A stretch of 39,495 nucleotides of DNA. Origin: Thermoplasmata archaeon. Its GTDB lineage: Archaea; Thermoplasmatota; Thermoplasmata; Lutacidiplasmatales; UBA184. The position numbers were made by a program, and so were the translations under genes. The stretch spans positions 1-39,495 of the forward strand of contig JASHUJ010000071.1 in assembly GCA_030040035.1 (NCBI GenBank), written 5' to 3'. Of this stretch, positions 8,501 to 16,260 are shown one piece after another (position 1 is the stretch's first letter; the number at the start of each line of letters is the position of its first letter). The notes under the pieces were generated by a model. It saw nothing but the letters and a program-made list of their open reading frames with translations. It made no database searches and was not told the origin of the DNA.

Positions 8501-8556
8501 GCGCTGAGGACCATCCCCGCCGCGATCAGCAGCGATGCCACCCGACGCGAGGCCAC
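5515..8556 (-). CDS. Large secreted thermopsin-family (peptidase A5-like) glycoprotein, paralog 1
   Basis: 1013 aa, GTG start. N-terminal signal/anchor is MASRRVASLLIAAGMVLSALAAVGGAAA, followed by an A/P/T/S-rich linker. The thermopsin-like core block is NYAFWVQNTFSYDSHNDSLYFVDDTWNFTS...YVNTSVDAAGDQILWYNYS. The C-terminal module GLPTGTAWNVT is common in Thermoplasmata surface proteins. I count at least 17 N-x-S/T sequons by eye. Confidence 0.75.
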   Translation of the reverse strand: MASRRVASLLIAAGMVLSALAAVGGAAATATPSGSSLGPSTASAGVPPAPVAPTAAPAAETPTSPPTVGSTPPAFCASVKTAANDPAYASFLQHLAATARGATAAGLPSTDLHLPYAGSIPDQTVEGVAMSGSQLSAECDRDQPTTSQTNPTGVSYDGQIDTTTLQDVTLDSNSVAGILNVESPSKNFYPGSGTPTVWGAQENVVLPNVTILGSKCPSDPCAASGVGNYAFWVQNTFSYDSHNDSLYFVDDTWNFTSYTSEMFNSSLVRWSPNGGNYTGVWVAFSRYYYVPAPFTVTMYVNTSVDAAGDQILWYNYSIATPTEFIGDGNYDYLVFASQAPGHDPTKLHPPDFEASATLTHIVTEGYEFDAFIGADDGSNQLMLGAHATMQVQYCVEQPYCSPTRFAYANVPAAVNYGSQTGEQAIGIAVNYVGTTAYLTGGPLINHGLWNFTSATGVVPGSTRVVNAINVTGDPEGALPAAPYVFVFLEDQAFAGQGFQWAPDVPAWNLMPGTYRYELMLADYAPVNGTLVVGSRTTTLAATLTFDPKVGVYTPLWAFGNAELAGISSSGNGSLSNQYVPFNNPTTGYFGFHAGELSANFLSANDYDYPSFPGVLLYGTNAYVDLTDLPSFSAGKSGGTSYYLGIEFYRTAHVTLADDANVEGWPAWSEISFYISVPASQNPVPEAAVFVWNSTRDLLLSNTFVSTAPIDGSVAVDGLVLYGGTKNVVWGNTFEDPHGAKLKVDGAYAGLGLGEGGDLIYNNNFSVDNPVVYLPYNWVNTADCLPQTLGPCLNDAEGNAWYYNDAANVVGSSWNVTPQPAANVVHTVNGFPLAGNVLGTSVGTQGGNYYWNYGTSPNNRSTVPYVSRFFYSDWSNIFPLGCGSIEAPGAPCGTQPPIVGAYENGIPVGGDSAPYGPTVTFRETGLPTGTAWNVTIAASVYRSTTSVLTIPLPYGPYPYSIAASGWQPDPANGTVLASGAPVVSVSFSDPGVAVPTAVSGPSVGSALWLVARPA

Positions 8557-8571
8557 GGCCGCTCACCCGCT

Positions 8572-8592
8572 CGTCAGTACTTCATCCTGACG
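8572..8592. promoter_or_regulatory. Dyad symmetry CGTCAG-N9-CTGACG, 16-36 nt upstream of the paralog-1 start
   Basis: Perfect 6-bp inverted repeat read directly from the sequence (cgtcagtacttcatcctgacg). It lies in the 130-nt spacer between the gene start (8556) and the end of the upstream permease gene (8686). Confidence 0.3.
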
Positions 8593-8685
8593 TCCGGGCG
8601 AAGCGCGCCGGTCGCGGTGACCGGCCGGCGGGCCGCGAGCACGGCCGCCGACCGTCCCCTCTCTGAGATTCTCCGGGGGAGCGGA

Positions 8686-9657
8686 TCAGCCGGTCTCGGA
8701 ATCGGCCGGCGGATGAGGCGAGTCGTCGGGCCGATCCGCCCGGACCGGGACCCCCGACGGGAGCCGGGCGCGGGACCCCGAGCCCCGCGCGGCCGCGAGC
8801 CGGACCCGCAGACGGGAGAGGGGCGGTAACGCCCGGACGATAACGTAGATCGCGAACACGATCGTGACGATGAAGAAGCTCGTCGGTTCGATCTCGTAGA
8901 AGCCGATGAAGATCCCCGCCCACGTGGCGAACAGCGCGACGAGGACGGAGAGCACCACCGCGTAGAGCGGACGCTTCGCGAGGCGCACCGCGACGGCGGC
9001 CGGCGTGACCGTGAGCGCGAAGATCAGGAGCACTCCGATCACCGTGACGGCGATCGAGATCGCGACCGCGAGGGCGAGCATGAAGATGAGGCCGAGCAGC
9101 ATCGTGTGCATGCCCTTCGCCTCCGCGACCTCCTCGTCGAGCGAGGCGAACAACAGCTGGCGGTAGACGAGCCCGAGCACGATCAGTACGGGAATCGCCG
9201 TCTCGAACGTCAGCACGACCTGCGCGTTGTCGATCCCCACGACCTGCCCGAAGAGGATCGAGTACGCCTCGCTCGCGTAGCCCTGATAGAACGCGAGGAA
9301 CAGCAGCCCGAGGCCGAGCATGAACGCGAGGATCGTCCCGATCTCGACGTCGCGCTGGGCCGCGCGCTTACCCAGCACGGCGATCCCTCCACCCGAGACG
9401 GTCGTGGCGAGGAGCAAGCCGTAGAACGGGTTCACCGCGAAGACCACCGCGCCCGCGGCCCCGCTGAAGCCGATGTGGCCGAGGGCGTGCGAGGCGAACG
9501 ACGAGCGCCGGAGGACGACGAGGTAGCTGACCACTCCGCCCAGGACGGCGATGATCGTTCCGGCCGCGAACAAGTTCCGGATGAACTCGTACTGGAGCAT
9601 CTCCCGGAGGTCGCCGACCAGGTTCCAGTTCCACCAGACCCAGCTCCAGTCGCTCAT
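8686..9657 (-). CDS. Metal ABC transporter permease (ABC-3 / ZnuB-MntB-TroCD family)
   Basis: 323 aa polytopic protein. LQYEFIRNLFAAGTIIAVLGGVVSYLVVLRRSSFASHALGHIGFSGAAGAVV is typical of the ABC-3 permease family. Its ATG overlaps the stop of the upstream ATPase gene as ATGA (9654-9657). Confidence 0.85.
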   Translation of the reverse strand: MSDWSWVWWNWNLVGDLREMLQYEFIRNLFAAGTIIAVLGGVVSYLVVLRRSSFASHALGHIGFSGAAGAVVFAVNPFYGLLLATTVSGGGIAVLGKRAAQRDVEIGTILAFMLGLGLLFLAFYQGYASEAYSILFGQVVGIDNAQVVLTFETAIPVLIVLGLVYRQLLFASLDEEVAEAKGMHTMLLGLIFMLALAVAISIAVTVIGVLLIFALTVTPAAVAVRLAKRPLYAVVLSVLVALFATWAGIFIGFYEIEPTSFFIVTIVFAIYVIVRALPPLSRLRVRLAAARGSGSRARLPSGVPVRADRPDDSPHPPADSETG

Positions 9658-10511
9658 GCGCCCGGGTCCGGGTGGACGTCGTCACCTCCGACGATCACGA
9701 GGTTGCCGCGGGAATCCCGCAGGACCTCGACCGGGACCCCGTAGAGCTCGGTGAGGCTCTCGGTGGTCAGCACGTCCTGGGGAAGACCGGTCGCGACGTG
9801 GCCGTTGGCGATGTAGATCACCTTGTCGAGGTGGCGGATGAGCGGATTGATGTCGTGCGCGACCAGGAGGGTCGCGACGTTCCGCGACCGCACGAGCCGG
9901 TGGACGAGGTCGACGAGCTCCCGGGCCCGTCGAAGATCGAGGTTCGCGAGCGGCTCGTCGAGCAGCAGAAGTTCGGGGCCGGGCGCGAGCGCTTCGGCGA
10001 GGAAGATCCGCTGCAGTTCCCCGCCCGAGAGCGCGCCGAGCGGCTTCCGGGCGATCTCGAGCGCGCCGACCGACGTCAGAGCTTCCTCGGTGGCCGCGCG
10101 CTCCGCGCGGAACTGGCTCGGCGTCAGGTTCGGGAGCCACCGGTTGCCCGCGAAACCGAGCCGGACGAGTTGCACGGCCTCGACGTTCGTGTCGCGGTCG
10201 ACCAGGTGGGTCTGCGGCACGTAGCCGATCTTCGGATTCCCGCGTCGGGGCGGGCCGCCGAAGACCCGGAGCTCCCCGTCGGTCGAGCGGATCATCCCGA
10301 GGAGCAAGCGGAAGAGCGTCGTCTTGCCGGCTCCGTTCGGCCCGATGACCGCGACGAACTCCCCGCGCCGGATGCGGAAGTTCGCGTCGGTCCAGACCGT
10401 CCGGCCCGGGTAGCCCACCTCGAGGTGACGCGCGAAGGCGACATCGTCCGGCACGGCGAGCCTCGTTCCGATCCCGGGGGATCCCGTCTCACTCTCCGAG
10501 CTGCGCCGCAT
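9654..10511 (-). CDS. Metal ABC transporter ATP-binding protein (ZnuC/MntA-like)
   Basis: Walker A GPNGAGKTT, ABC signature LSGGELQR, Walker B LLLLDEP. The start may be downstream of 10511, because this start overlaps the binding-protein gene by 23 nt. Confidence 0.9.
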   Translation of the reverse strand: MRRSSESETGSPGIGTRLAVPDDVAFARHLEVGYPGRTVWTDANFRIRRGEFVAVIGPNGAGKTTLFRLLLGMIRSTDGELRVFGGPPRRGNPKIGYVPQTHLVDRDTNVEAVQLVRLGFAGNRWLPNLTPSQFRAERAATEEALTSVGALEIARKPLGALSGGELQRIFLAEALAPGPELLLLDEPLANLDLRRARELVDLVHRLVRSRNVATLLVAHDINPLIRHLDKVIYIANGHVATGLPQDVLTTESLTELYGVPVEVLRDSRGNLVIVGGDDVHPDPGA

Positions 10512-11595
10512 CGAGGGCCACGTAGAGCGAGTTGAGCTCCCCCTGCATCCACGCTTCGAAGCTCACGTTGGGCGGCACGATCGTCTCCGTCACGCTGATG
10601 ACGCTGACGTTGTGCGCCTGCGCGATCTCCTTCATCGAGGTCGTGAGCGGGGTCACCGTCTGCGCGTTGAACACGAGCACCTTGACCTGGCCACTCTCCA
10701 GCTGGCACTGGAACGTGACAACGCTCGAGTCCGGAGGATCGTTCCCCTCGGCCACGGCCTCCATGAACGCCGGGGGCGAGACCAGATCGAGCCCGGTCGC
10801 GTTCGCGAGGTAGACGAAGATGCTCTCGGTGGATGCCACCTCGGTCCCCGCGAACTCGGCCCGGATCTGCCCGACGTGATCGTAGAGCGCCGTCAGCGAG
10901 GCCGTCAGGTTGTCGTACTGCTCGGTGAAGTAGCCGGTGAGCGCCGGCGCGATCGTGGTCAGGTTGTGGTACATCCAGGCGACGGTGCGATTGACGTAGG
11001 TGGGATTGTACCACAGGTGGGGGTTTCCGGTAACGATCCCCCCGGTGACGTACACCCCGAGCATGTTGCCGATGTTGAGGACGGTCTGGTTGGTGTCCCC
11101 ATCGGCGGCGATCAACTGCGTCGCCCAAGTGTCGTAGCCGACGTTGTTGAGGATCACGTACTGCGCGTTCTTGATCGCGATGGCGTCGCTGTCGTTCGAC
11201 TGATACTCGTGAGGATCGGTGTTGGGATCGGTGATGATGCTCGTCACGTTCACGTGGGCCCCGCCGATTTGGGCGACGAGGCTCCCCCAGAAGTTCTCGG
11301 CGGCCACGACGGGGATGACCTCGGCGGCGGCGGGCCCCGAAGGGGCGGCGGGCCCCCCTCCGGTGGCACTGGAGTTCGAGACGGGGGCGGCCAGCGTCGG
11401 CGGCCTCGAGAGCGACCCATCGCCCGGCGTGGACCGAGCCGATCCGAGCCCGGCGATCGCCTCCGACGTGGTCGACGAGGTGGTGGCGGGGCACGGGTTC
11501 GAGGCGTTCGAATAGTAGTAGCCGGCGTACACCCCCGAACCGACCAGCCCTGCAATCACGATGACAGCGATCGCGATCTTCGTGCTCTTTCGCAT
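10489..11595 (-). CDS. Metal-binding solute-binding protein (cluster A-I / TroA-ZnuA-like), membrane-anchored
   Basis: 368 aa. N-terminal TM anchor MRKSTKIAIAVIVIAGLVGSGVYAGYYY, then an S/T/P-rich linker. The core is VVAAENFWGSLVAQIGGAHVNVTSIITDPNTDPHEYQSNDSDAIAIKNAQYVILNNVGYDTWATQL, carrying the DPH motif of this family. Confidence 0.85.
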   Translation of the reverse strand: MRKSTKIAIAVIVIAGLVGSGVYAGYYYSNASNPCPATTSSTTSEAIAGLGSARSTPGDGSLSRPPTLAAPVSNSSATGGGPAAPSGPAAAEVIPVVAAENFWGSLVAQIGGAHVNVTSIITDPNTDPHEYQSNDSDAIAIKNAQYVILNNVGYDTWATQLIAADGDTNQTVLNIGNMLGVYVTGGIVTGNPHLWYNPTYVNRTVAWMYHNLTTIAPALTGYFTEQYDNLTASLTALYDHVGQIRAEFAGTEVASTESIFVYLANATGLDLVSPPAFMEAVAEGNDPPDSSVVTFQCQLESGQVKVLVFNAQTVTPLTTSMKEIAQAHNVSVISVTETIVPPNVSFEAWMQGELNSLYVALDAAQLGE

Positions 11596-11616
11596 GGCGC
11601 GACCCCCACAACGTGG

Positions 11617-12060
11617 CTAAGCGGCCGAGGCCGTCCGCCCCGCCGGTGCGCGGCAGGGAGCGATCGGGGCACCGTGCGGGCAAGACGTGGGGTGTCGCTG
11701 GGCGCGACAGACCTCCTCGACGGTCCGATGCGAGATCGCGAGGTCGATCTCCCGCGCCGCCGCGCAGACGTCCTTCGGAGCGAGGCCCAGGTTGCCGAAG
11801 AGGGTCTCGACCACGCGGTGGTGACGTTGGTACTCGACGAGCGTGCTCCGGCCCTTCCCAGTGAGCCGGCTCTTGCCCCGGTACCGCTCGACCAATCCGA
11901 GCTGCTCGAGCGGCGTGAGGTGGCCGAGCGCGGACGGAGGGGTCAGCCGGAGCGAGGCGGCGATGAGCTTGAGCGACGCACCACGGTCCGGCGTCTCCTG
12001 GCTCCGGATGGCGCGGAGCGTGTCCAGTTGCCGACGGGTCAGGCGTTGCAGCGTTTCCAT
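11617..12060 (-). CDS. DtxR/MntR-family metal-dependent transcriptional regulator
   Basis: METLQRLTRRQLDTLRAI...LTGKGRSTLVEYQRHHRVVETLFGNLGL...EIDLAISHRTVEEVC...CPHGAPI matches the DtxR pattern of a winged HTH, a HHR helix and a CPHGxPI tail. I place the start at ATG 12060. The track start at 12093 would cover the AT-rich promoter. Confidence 0.8.
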   Translation of the reverse strand: METLQRLTRRQLDTLRAIRSQETPDRGASLKLIAASLRLTPPSALGHLTPLEQLGLVERYRGKSRLTGKGRSTLVEYQRHHRVVETLFGNLGLAPKDVCAAAREIDLAISHRTVEEVCRAQRHPTSCPHGAPIAPCRAPAGRTASAA

Positions 12061-12095
12061 GATTCCCTCGAGCTCCCAGGACAATATAAGCATAC

Positions 12096-12110
12096 ACCTA
12101 ATAATTAGGT
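12096..12110. promoter_or_regulatory. Perfect palindrome ACCTAAT-A-ATTAGGT in the AT-rich island upstream of the regulator and metal-uptake operon (candidate operator)
   Basis: Read directly from acaatataagcatacACCTAATAATTAGGTatatccaatttt (12081-12122). This is the most AT-rich stretch in the window and starts 21 nt upstream of the ATG at 12060. TATA-like aatataag and ggtatatcc flank the dyad. Confidence 0.5.
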
Positions 12111-12280
12111 ATATCCAATTTTGACCCCGACGGTCCCCCCGGGGTGCGCTTGACGGGAGCGGCGGGGCGAGTGACTCGGTCGCCGGTGGAGCGAGGGCGT
12201 GCGGCGACGGAGCGGGTCGAAGAACCGTGCGCGGGCCGCTCCGAGGATCGACGCGCGGACGCGCGCACGGGAAGGGCGGG

Positions 12281-12745
12281 TTACTTGCGGGAACGCGTCG
12301 CGGCCACCGAAGAAGGCGACTTGACGACGAGGATCGAACCCTGGGCGTGGTGGAGAATTCCGTCGGATACGCTCCCCAGGAAGAACCGCCCGGCCTCGGA
12401 AAGGCCCCGCGACCCCACGACGATCAGATCCGGAGCGTGCTGGTCCGCGTACTCCACGATGCGATCGACCGGGTTGCCTTCCAGCAGGACCGTCTCCACC
12501 TTCGCCGTACCCTTCTTCTCGAGATCGGCTTTGGTTTCGGCCAACATCTTCTTCGCGGATTCGAGCGCATCCGCGGTCGACGCCCCGGCCGGTATCTCAA
12601 AGCCGTACGCCCCCACCGATGGAGGGATCACGCAGATCAGCGTGAGCTGACCCCGAGCCTGGCGAGCGATCTCCGCGGCTTGGTCGAGCGCGTGCCGAGC
12701 GGGCGGGGTTCCGTCGAAGGCGACCAGGATCGAATGAACGGCCAT
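12281..12745 (-). CDS. Universal stress protein (UspA family)
   Basis: 154 aa: MAVHSILVAFDGTPPARHALDQAAEIA...DLIVVGSRGLSEAGRFFLGSVSDGILHHAQGSILVV, with the classic Usp G-x2-G-x9-G-S ATP-binding motif. The track ORF 12281..13783 is a 5' over-extension running antisense through the next gene. Confidence 0.85.
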   Translation of the reverse strand: MAVHSILVAFDGTPPARHALDQAAEIARQARGQLTLICVIPPSVGAYGFEIPAGASTADALESAKKMLAETKADLEKKGTAKVETVLLEGNPVDRIVEYADQHAPDLIVVGSRGLSEAGRFFLGSVSDGILHHAQGSILVVKSPSSVAATRSRK

Positions 12746-12850
12746 GTCCGTTCGAGGTCGCCCGGGTTGATAGGAGTTGGGGGTGCAACCTCGGTCCGGA
12801 CCCACGCCGCCGACCGAAGAGCGATATGGAGCTCCCCCTCTCGGTAGCGC

Positions 12851-13825
12851 ATGAAAGCGCTCGTCCTGATCGGCGGGTTCGGGACCCGGCTGCGACCGGT
12901 CACGTACACGGTCCCGAAACAGCTGATCCCGCTGGCCGGCAAGCCGATGCTCTACCACGTGCTCGATCTCCTCCCCCCCGCCGTCGAGGAGGTCGTGCTC
13001 GCGACCGGCTACAAGTCCGAGATGATCGACGCGTTCGTCCGGGCCCATCCGGTGCGCTGGCCGGTCCGGACCGTCCCAGAGGCCGAGCCGCTCCTCACCG
13101 GCGGCGGGATGAGGAACGCGGCCGACGGCATGTCCGATCCGTTCTTCCTCCTGAACTCGGACGTCATCGCCCGCGTGGACCTCGACGCGGTCACGGACCT
13201 TTTCCGCCGTCGGGGCGGCGTCGGGGTCATGACGCTCGCCGAGGTGGACGACACGCGGCCGTACGGCGTCGCGGCGCTCGGTCCCGACGACCGCATCGTT
13301 CGGTTCGTGGAGAAACCCGCCCCGGCGGACGCCCCGTCGCATTGGATCAATGCGGGCGTCGGAGTGTGGGCGCGCTCGGTGCTCGACCGGATCCCGCCGG
13401 GTCGGCCCGTGAGCTTCGAGACGGAGATCGTGCCGGATCTCCTCGAGAGCGGGATCTACGCGTTCAAGCTCACCAGTTACTGGGACGACGCGGGATCCCC
13501 CGATCGGATCCTGCGATCGCAGCGCCTCCTGTTCGACGACCACCGGGCCGAGCGGCCCGGCCTCCCCCCGGGAGCGCTCGGGAGCGGGCCGGTCGCCGCC
13601 GGGGAAGGCGTGGAGGCCCGCGGGGCCTCGTTCGGCCCGTACGTCACGCTCGGCGCCGGGGTCACGGTCGGTCGCGGCGCCCACGTGGAGAACTCGATCG
13701 TGATGGACGGCGCGCGGATCGAGGAGGGCGCGGTGGTCGCCTCGAGCTTGCTCGGGCCCCGGTCGGTGGTACACTCGGGTCACCGCGTGACGGCCCAGGT
13801 CATCGGAGAGGGCGGCGAGGCCTGA
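12851..13825 (+). CDS. NDP-sugar pyrophosphorylase (mannose-1-phosphate guanylyltransferase / glucose-1-phosphate nucleotidyltransferase-like)
   Basis: MKALVLIGGFGTRLRPVTYTVPKQLIPLAGKPML carries the GxGTRLxPxT signature. A C-terminal left-handed beta-helix-like segment follows (GASFGPYVTLGAGVTVGRGAHVENSIVMDGARIEEGAVV). Confidence 0.85.
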   Translation: MKALVLIGGFGTRLRPVTYTVPKQLIPLAGKPMLYHVLDLLPPAVEEVVLATGYKSEMIDAFVRAHPVRWPVRTVPEAEPLLTGGGMRNAADGMSDPFFLLNSDVIARVDLDAVTDLFRRRGGVGVMTLAEVDDTRPYGVAALGPDDRIVRFVEKPAPADAPSHWINAGVGVWARSVLDRIPPGRPVSFETEIVPDLLESGIYAFKLTSYWDDAGSPDRILRSQRLLFDDHRAERPGLPPGALGSGPVAAGEGVEARGASFGPYVTLGAGVTVGRGAHVENSIVMDGARIEEGAVVASSLLGPRSVVHSGHRVTAQVIGEGGEA

Positions 13826-13834
13826 CGGACCGGC

Positions 13835-14872
13835 TCACGCCGAGGGACCGGTCACGACGACCTTCACCGACGCGTCCGGTCGTCCGGCGAGCTCGAACGC
13901 CTCCGCGATCCGCTCGAGCGGGATCCGGTCGGAGACGAGATCGGAGATCACGAGCGATCCGTCGGCGACTCGCCGGTGGACCTCCGCGAGGTCGGACTCC
14001 GTGGTCGCGTACGTCGGGATGACGCGGACCCCGCGGAGGTACAGGGTCTGGAGATCCGCGTCGAGGCGGCTGCCGGCCTCGGGCAACCCGAAGAGGTTCA
14101 CCGTTCCGCCGCGCCGGACGATCTCGGTCGCGGTCCGCGCGACCGCGGGGGAACCGGTCGCGACGACCGCGAGATCGACCCCCCGACCGTCCGTGGCCGT
14201 GTCGACGGCGCGCCGGACCGCGCCCTCCTCTCGCGGATCGACGGTGATCGGCATCCCGCCGCGTTCGGCCGCCGCCCGGCGCCGGGCCGATACCTCGGAA
14301 CCCCCGACCCAGCCGGCCCCCAAGGCGCGGACAAGCCGCGCGTAGAGCAAGCCCACCGGCCCGAGGCCCAGCACGAAGACCGAGGCCCGTTCGGGGAGGC
14401 CGACCCGGCGGATCGCGGTGAGCGCGCAACCGGCGGGCTCGAGCAGCGCCCCCGAATCCCAGTCGACGTTCGGCGCGAGCGGAAGCACCGCGCGGCGCTC
14501 CACGTTCTCCTTCGGGACCCGGAAGGTCTCGGCAAAGCCGCCGGGATCGAGATTGGTCTTCGAGTACGACGGGCAGAACGTGAAGTCGCCGCGCGCGCAG
14601 ACGTCGCACGCGTAGCACGGCACGTGGTGGTGGACGAACACGCGGTCGCCGACGTCGAGACCGACGACCCCGGGGCCCCGGGACGCGATCCGACCGACCG
14701 GCTCGTGGCCGAGGATCCCCGCCGTCCGGTAATTCCCTCGGGCCTTCTCGAGGTCCGTCCCGCACACGCCGCAGGCGGCGAGCGAGACCGTCACCTCGCC
14801 CGGTCCCGCGACCGGCGCCGGTTGTTCGACGAGCTCGATCGAACCGGCGGCGCCGAGCCGACCGAACTTCAT
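13835..14872 (-). CDS. Zn-dependent medium-chain dehydrogenase (threonine / sorbitol dehydrogenase-like)
   Basis: MKFGRL...ACGVCGTDLEKARGNYRTAGILGHEPVGRI...VPCYACDVCARGDFTFCP shows catalytic and structural Zn ligands. The Rossmann motif is VLGLGPVGLL. ATG 14872 overlaps the upstream aminotransferase stop as ATGA. The track ORF to 15397 is an over-extension. Confidence 0.85.
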   Translation of the reverse strand: MKFGRLGAAGSIELVEQPAPVAGPGEVTVSLAACGVCGTDLEKARGNYRTAGILGHEPVGRIASRGPGVVGLDVGDRVFVHHHVPCYACDVCARGDFTFCPSYSKTNLDPGGFAETFRVPKENVERRAVLPLAPNVDWDSGALLEPAGCALTAIRRVGLPERASVFVLGLGPVGLLYARLVRALGAGWVGGSEVSARRRAAAERGGMPITVDPREEGAVRRAVDTATDGRGVDLAVVATGSPAVARTATEIVRRGGTVNLFGLPEAGSRLDADLQTLYLRGVRVIPTYATTESDLAEVHRRVADGSLVISDLVSDRIPLERIAEAFELAGRPDASVKVVVTGPSA

Positions 14873-16260
14873 CCCCGCGTGCGCGCGGCCCGAAGGGCGG
14901 CGTCCAGGATCTCGATCGCCTCGTCGATCTCCGGCCGCTGGATGATGAGCGGCGGGACGTATCGGATCGAGGAGCGCCCGCATCCGAGAAGGATCAGCCC
15001 CCGCCGGTACGCCTCCTCGATGACCCGGTCCCGGAACTGCGGCGCCGGCTCCTTGGTCGTGCGATCCTTCACGAACTCGGTCGCGGTGAGGAGCCCGATG
15101 CCCCGAACGTCGCCGATCTCGGGATGCTCTTGTGCGAGCTCGCGCAGTCGCGACAGGAGGTAGTCCCCCTGGACGCGCGCGTTGTCGAGGAGATGTTCCT
15201 TCTCGATCACGTCGAGCGTTGCGAGCGACGCGGCGGCCGCGAGGAGGTTGCCACCGAACGTGTTCGAGTGGGAGCCCTGGACGGTGTAGTCGAACTTCGC
15301 CGGGAAGATGACCGCGCCCATCGGCAGTCCCCCGCCGAGCGCCTTCGCCAGAGTGATCACGTCGGGCACCACCCCGTGGTGTTCGATCGCGAACCACCGA
15401 CCGGTCCGCCCCATCCCGGCCTGGACCTCGTCATCGATCAGCGGGATCTGATGCGCGTCGAGGATGGTCTTGAGCGCCCGATACCACCCGGGCGGGGGCA
15501 CGACGTACCCGCCCTCGCCCATCACCGGTTCGCCGATGAACGCGGCGACATCGTCCGGGGGAATGGCCGTCTGGAAGTAGAGCTCCTCGAGGATCTTCGC
15601 GCAGTACAGATCGCAGCTCGGGTACTCGAGCTTGTACGGGCACCGGTAGCAGTAGGGCGCCGGGATGTGCGTCCCCCCGCCGACGAAGGGAGCGTACCGG
15701 GCCCGGTGGACCGGCTTCGAGGCGGTCATCGTCAGCGCCCCCATCGTCCGACCGTGGAACGCGCCGAGGAGGCCCAGGAACAGGGGACGCTGCCGGTTCC
15801 ACCGGAGGATCTTCAGCGCCGCTTCTGCGCTCTCGGTCCCGCTGTTCGTGAAGAAGACCTTCTTCGAGAAGTCGCCGGGTGAGATCTGGACGAGCCGCTC
15901 CGCGAGGCGCACCTGGTTCTCGTAGTAGAAGTCCGTCCCGGCGAAATGTGTGAGCCGCCCGGCCTGGTCCCGGATTGCCCGTACGACGTCCGGGTGCGAG
16001 TAGCCGACCGCCTGCACGGCGACGCCGGATGCGAAATCGAGGAGCCGGTTGCCGTCGACGTCGGTGATCCAGACCCCACTCCCCGACGCGGCCACCACGG
16101 GCGAGGTCTTCGTGCTCGTCATGATGTACTGGCGGTCCCGCTCGACGACCTTCTGCGCGTTCGGACCGGGAATCGGGGTGCGCAGGATCACGCCACGGCG
16201 GGAGGAACGATTCGTGTCGGAGGCGGACGGAGCGGGGCTCGCCGGAGCGGTTTCGCTCAT
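14869..16260 (-). CDS. Class-III PLP-dependent aminotransferase (4-aminobutyrate / acetylornithine aminotransferase-like)
   Basis: 463 aa: [16 protein letters not shown]...[14 protein letters not shown]...[18 protein letters not shown]...[18 protein letters not shown]...[13 protein letters not shown]. These are the hallmark class-III motifs, including the Schiff-base Lys in LAKAL. Confidence 0.9.
   Translation of the reverse strand: MSETAPASPAPSASDTNRSSRRGVILRTPIPGPNAQKVVERDRQYIMTSTKTSPVVAASGSGVWITDVDGNRLLDFASGVAVQAVGYSHPDVVRAIRDQAGRLTHFAGTDFYYENQVRLAERLVQISPGDFSKKVFFTNSGTESAEAALKILRWNRQRPLFLGLLGAFHGRTMGALTMTASKPVHRARYAPFVGGGTHIPAPYCYRCPYKLEYPSCDLYCAKILEELYFQTAIPPDDVAAFIGEPVMGEGGYVVPPPGWYRALKTILDAHQIPLIDDEVQAGMGRTGRWFAIEHHGVVPDVITLAKALGGGLPMGAVIFPAKFDYTVQGSHSNTFGGNLLAAAASLATLDVIEKEHLLDNARVQGDYLLSRLRELAQEHPEIGDVRGIGLLTATEFVKDRTTKEPAPQFRDRVIEEAYRRGLILLGCGRSSIRYVPPLIIQRPEIDEAIEILDAALRAARTRG

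Noticed and set aside
10292-12108. ORFs 10292..12097 (-) and 10612..12108 (+), each 500-600 aa, over the metal-uptake operon
   Set aside because: They span three separate, well-supported genes (ATPase N-terminus, binding protein, regulator) in wrong frames or antisense.
12746-13783. 5' extension of the UspA ORF (track 12281..13783), and similar over-extensions of 13835..15397, 34109..35728, 36727..38202, 26422..28110 and 33232..34389
   Set aside because: In each case the extension overlaps a neighbouring well-supported gene or promoter. The family-typical N-terminus begins at an internal ATG or GTG, as given in the feature list.
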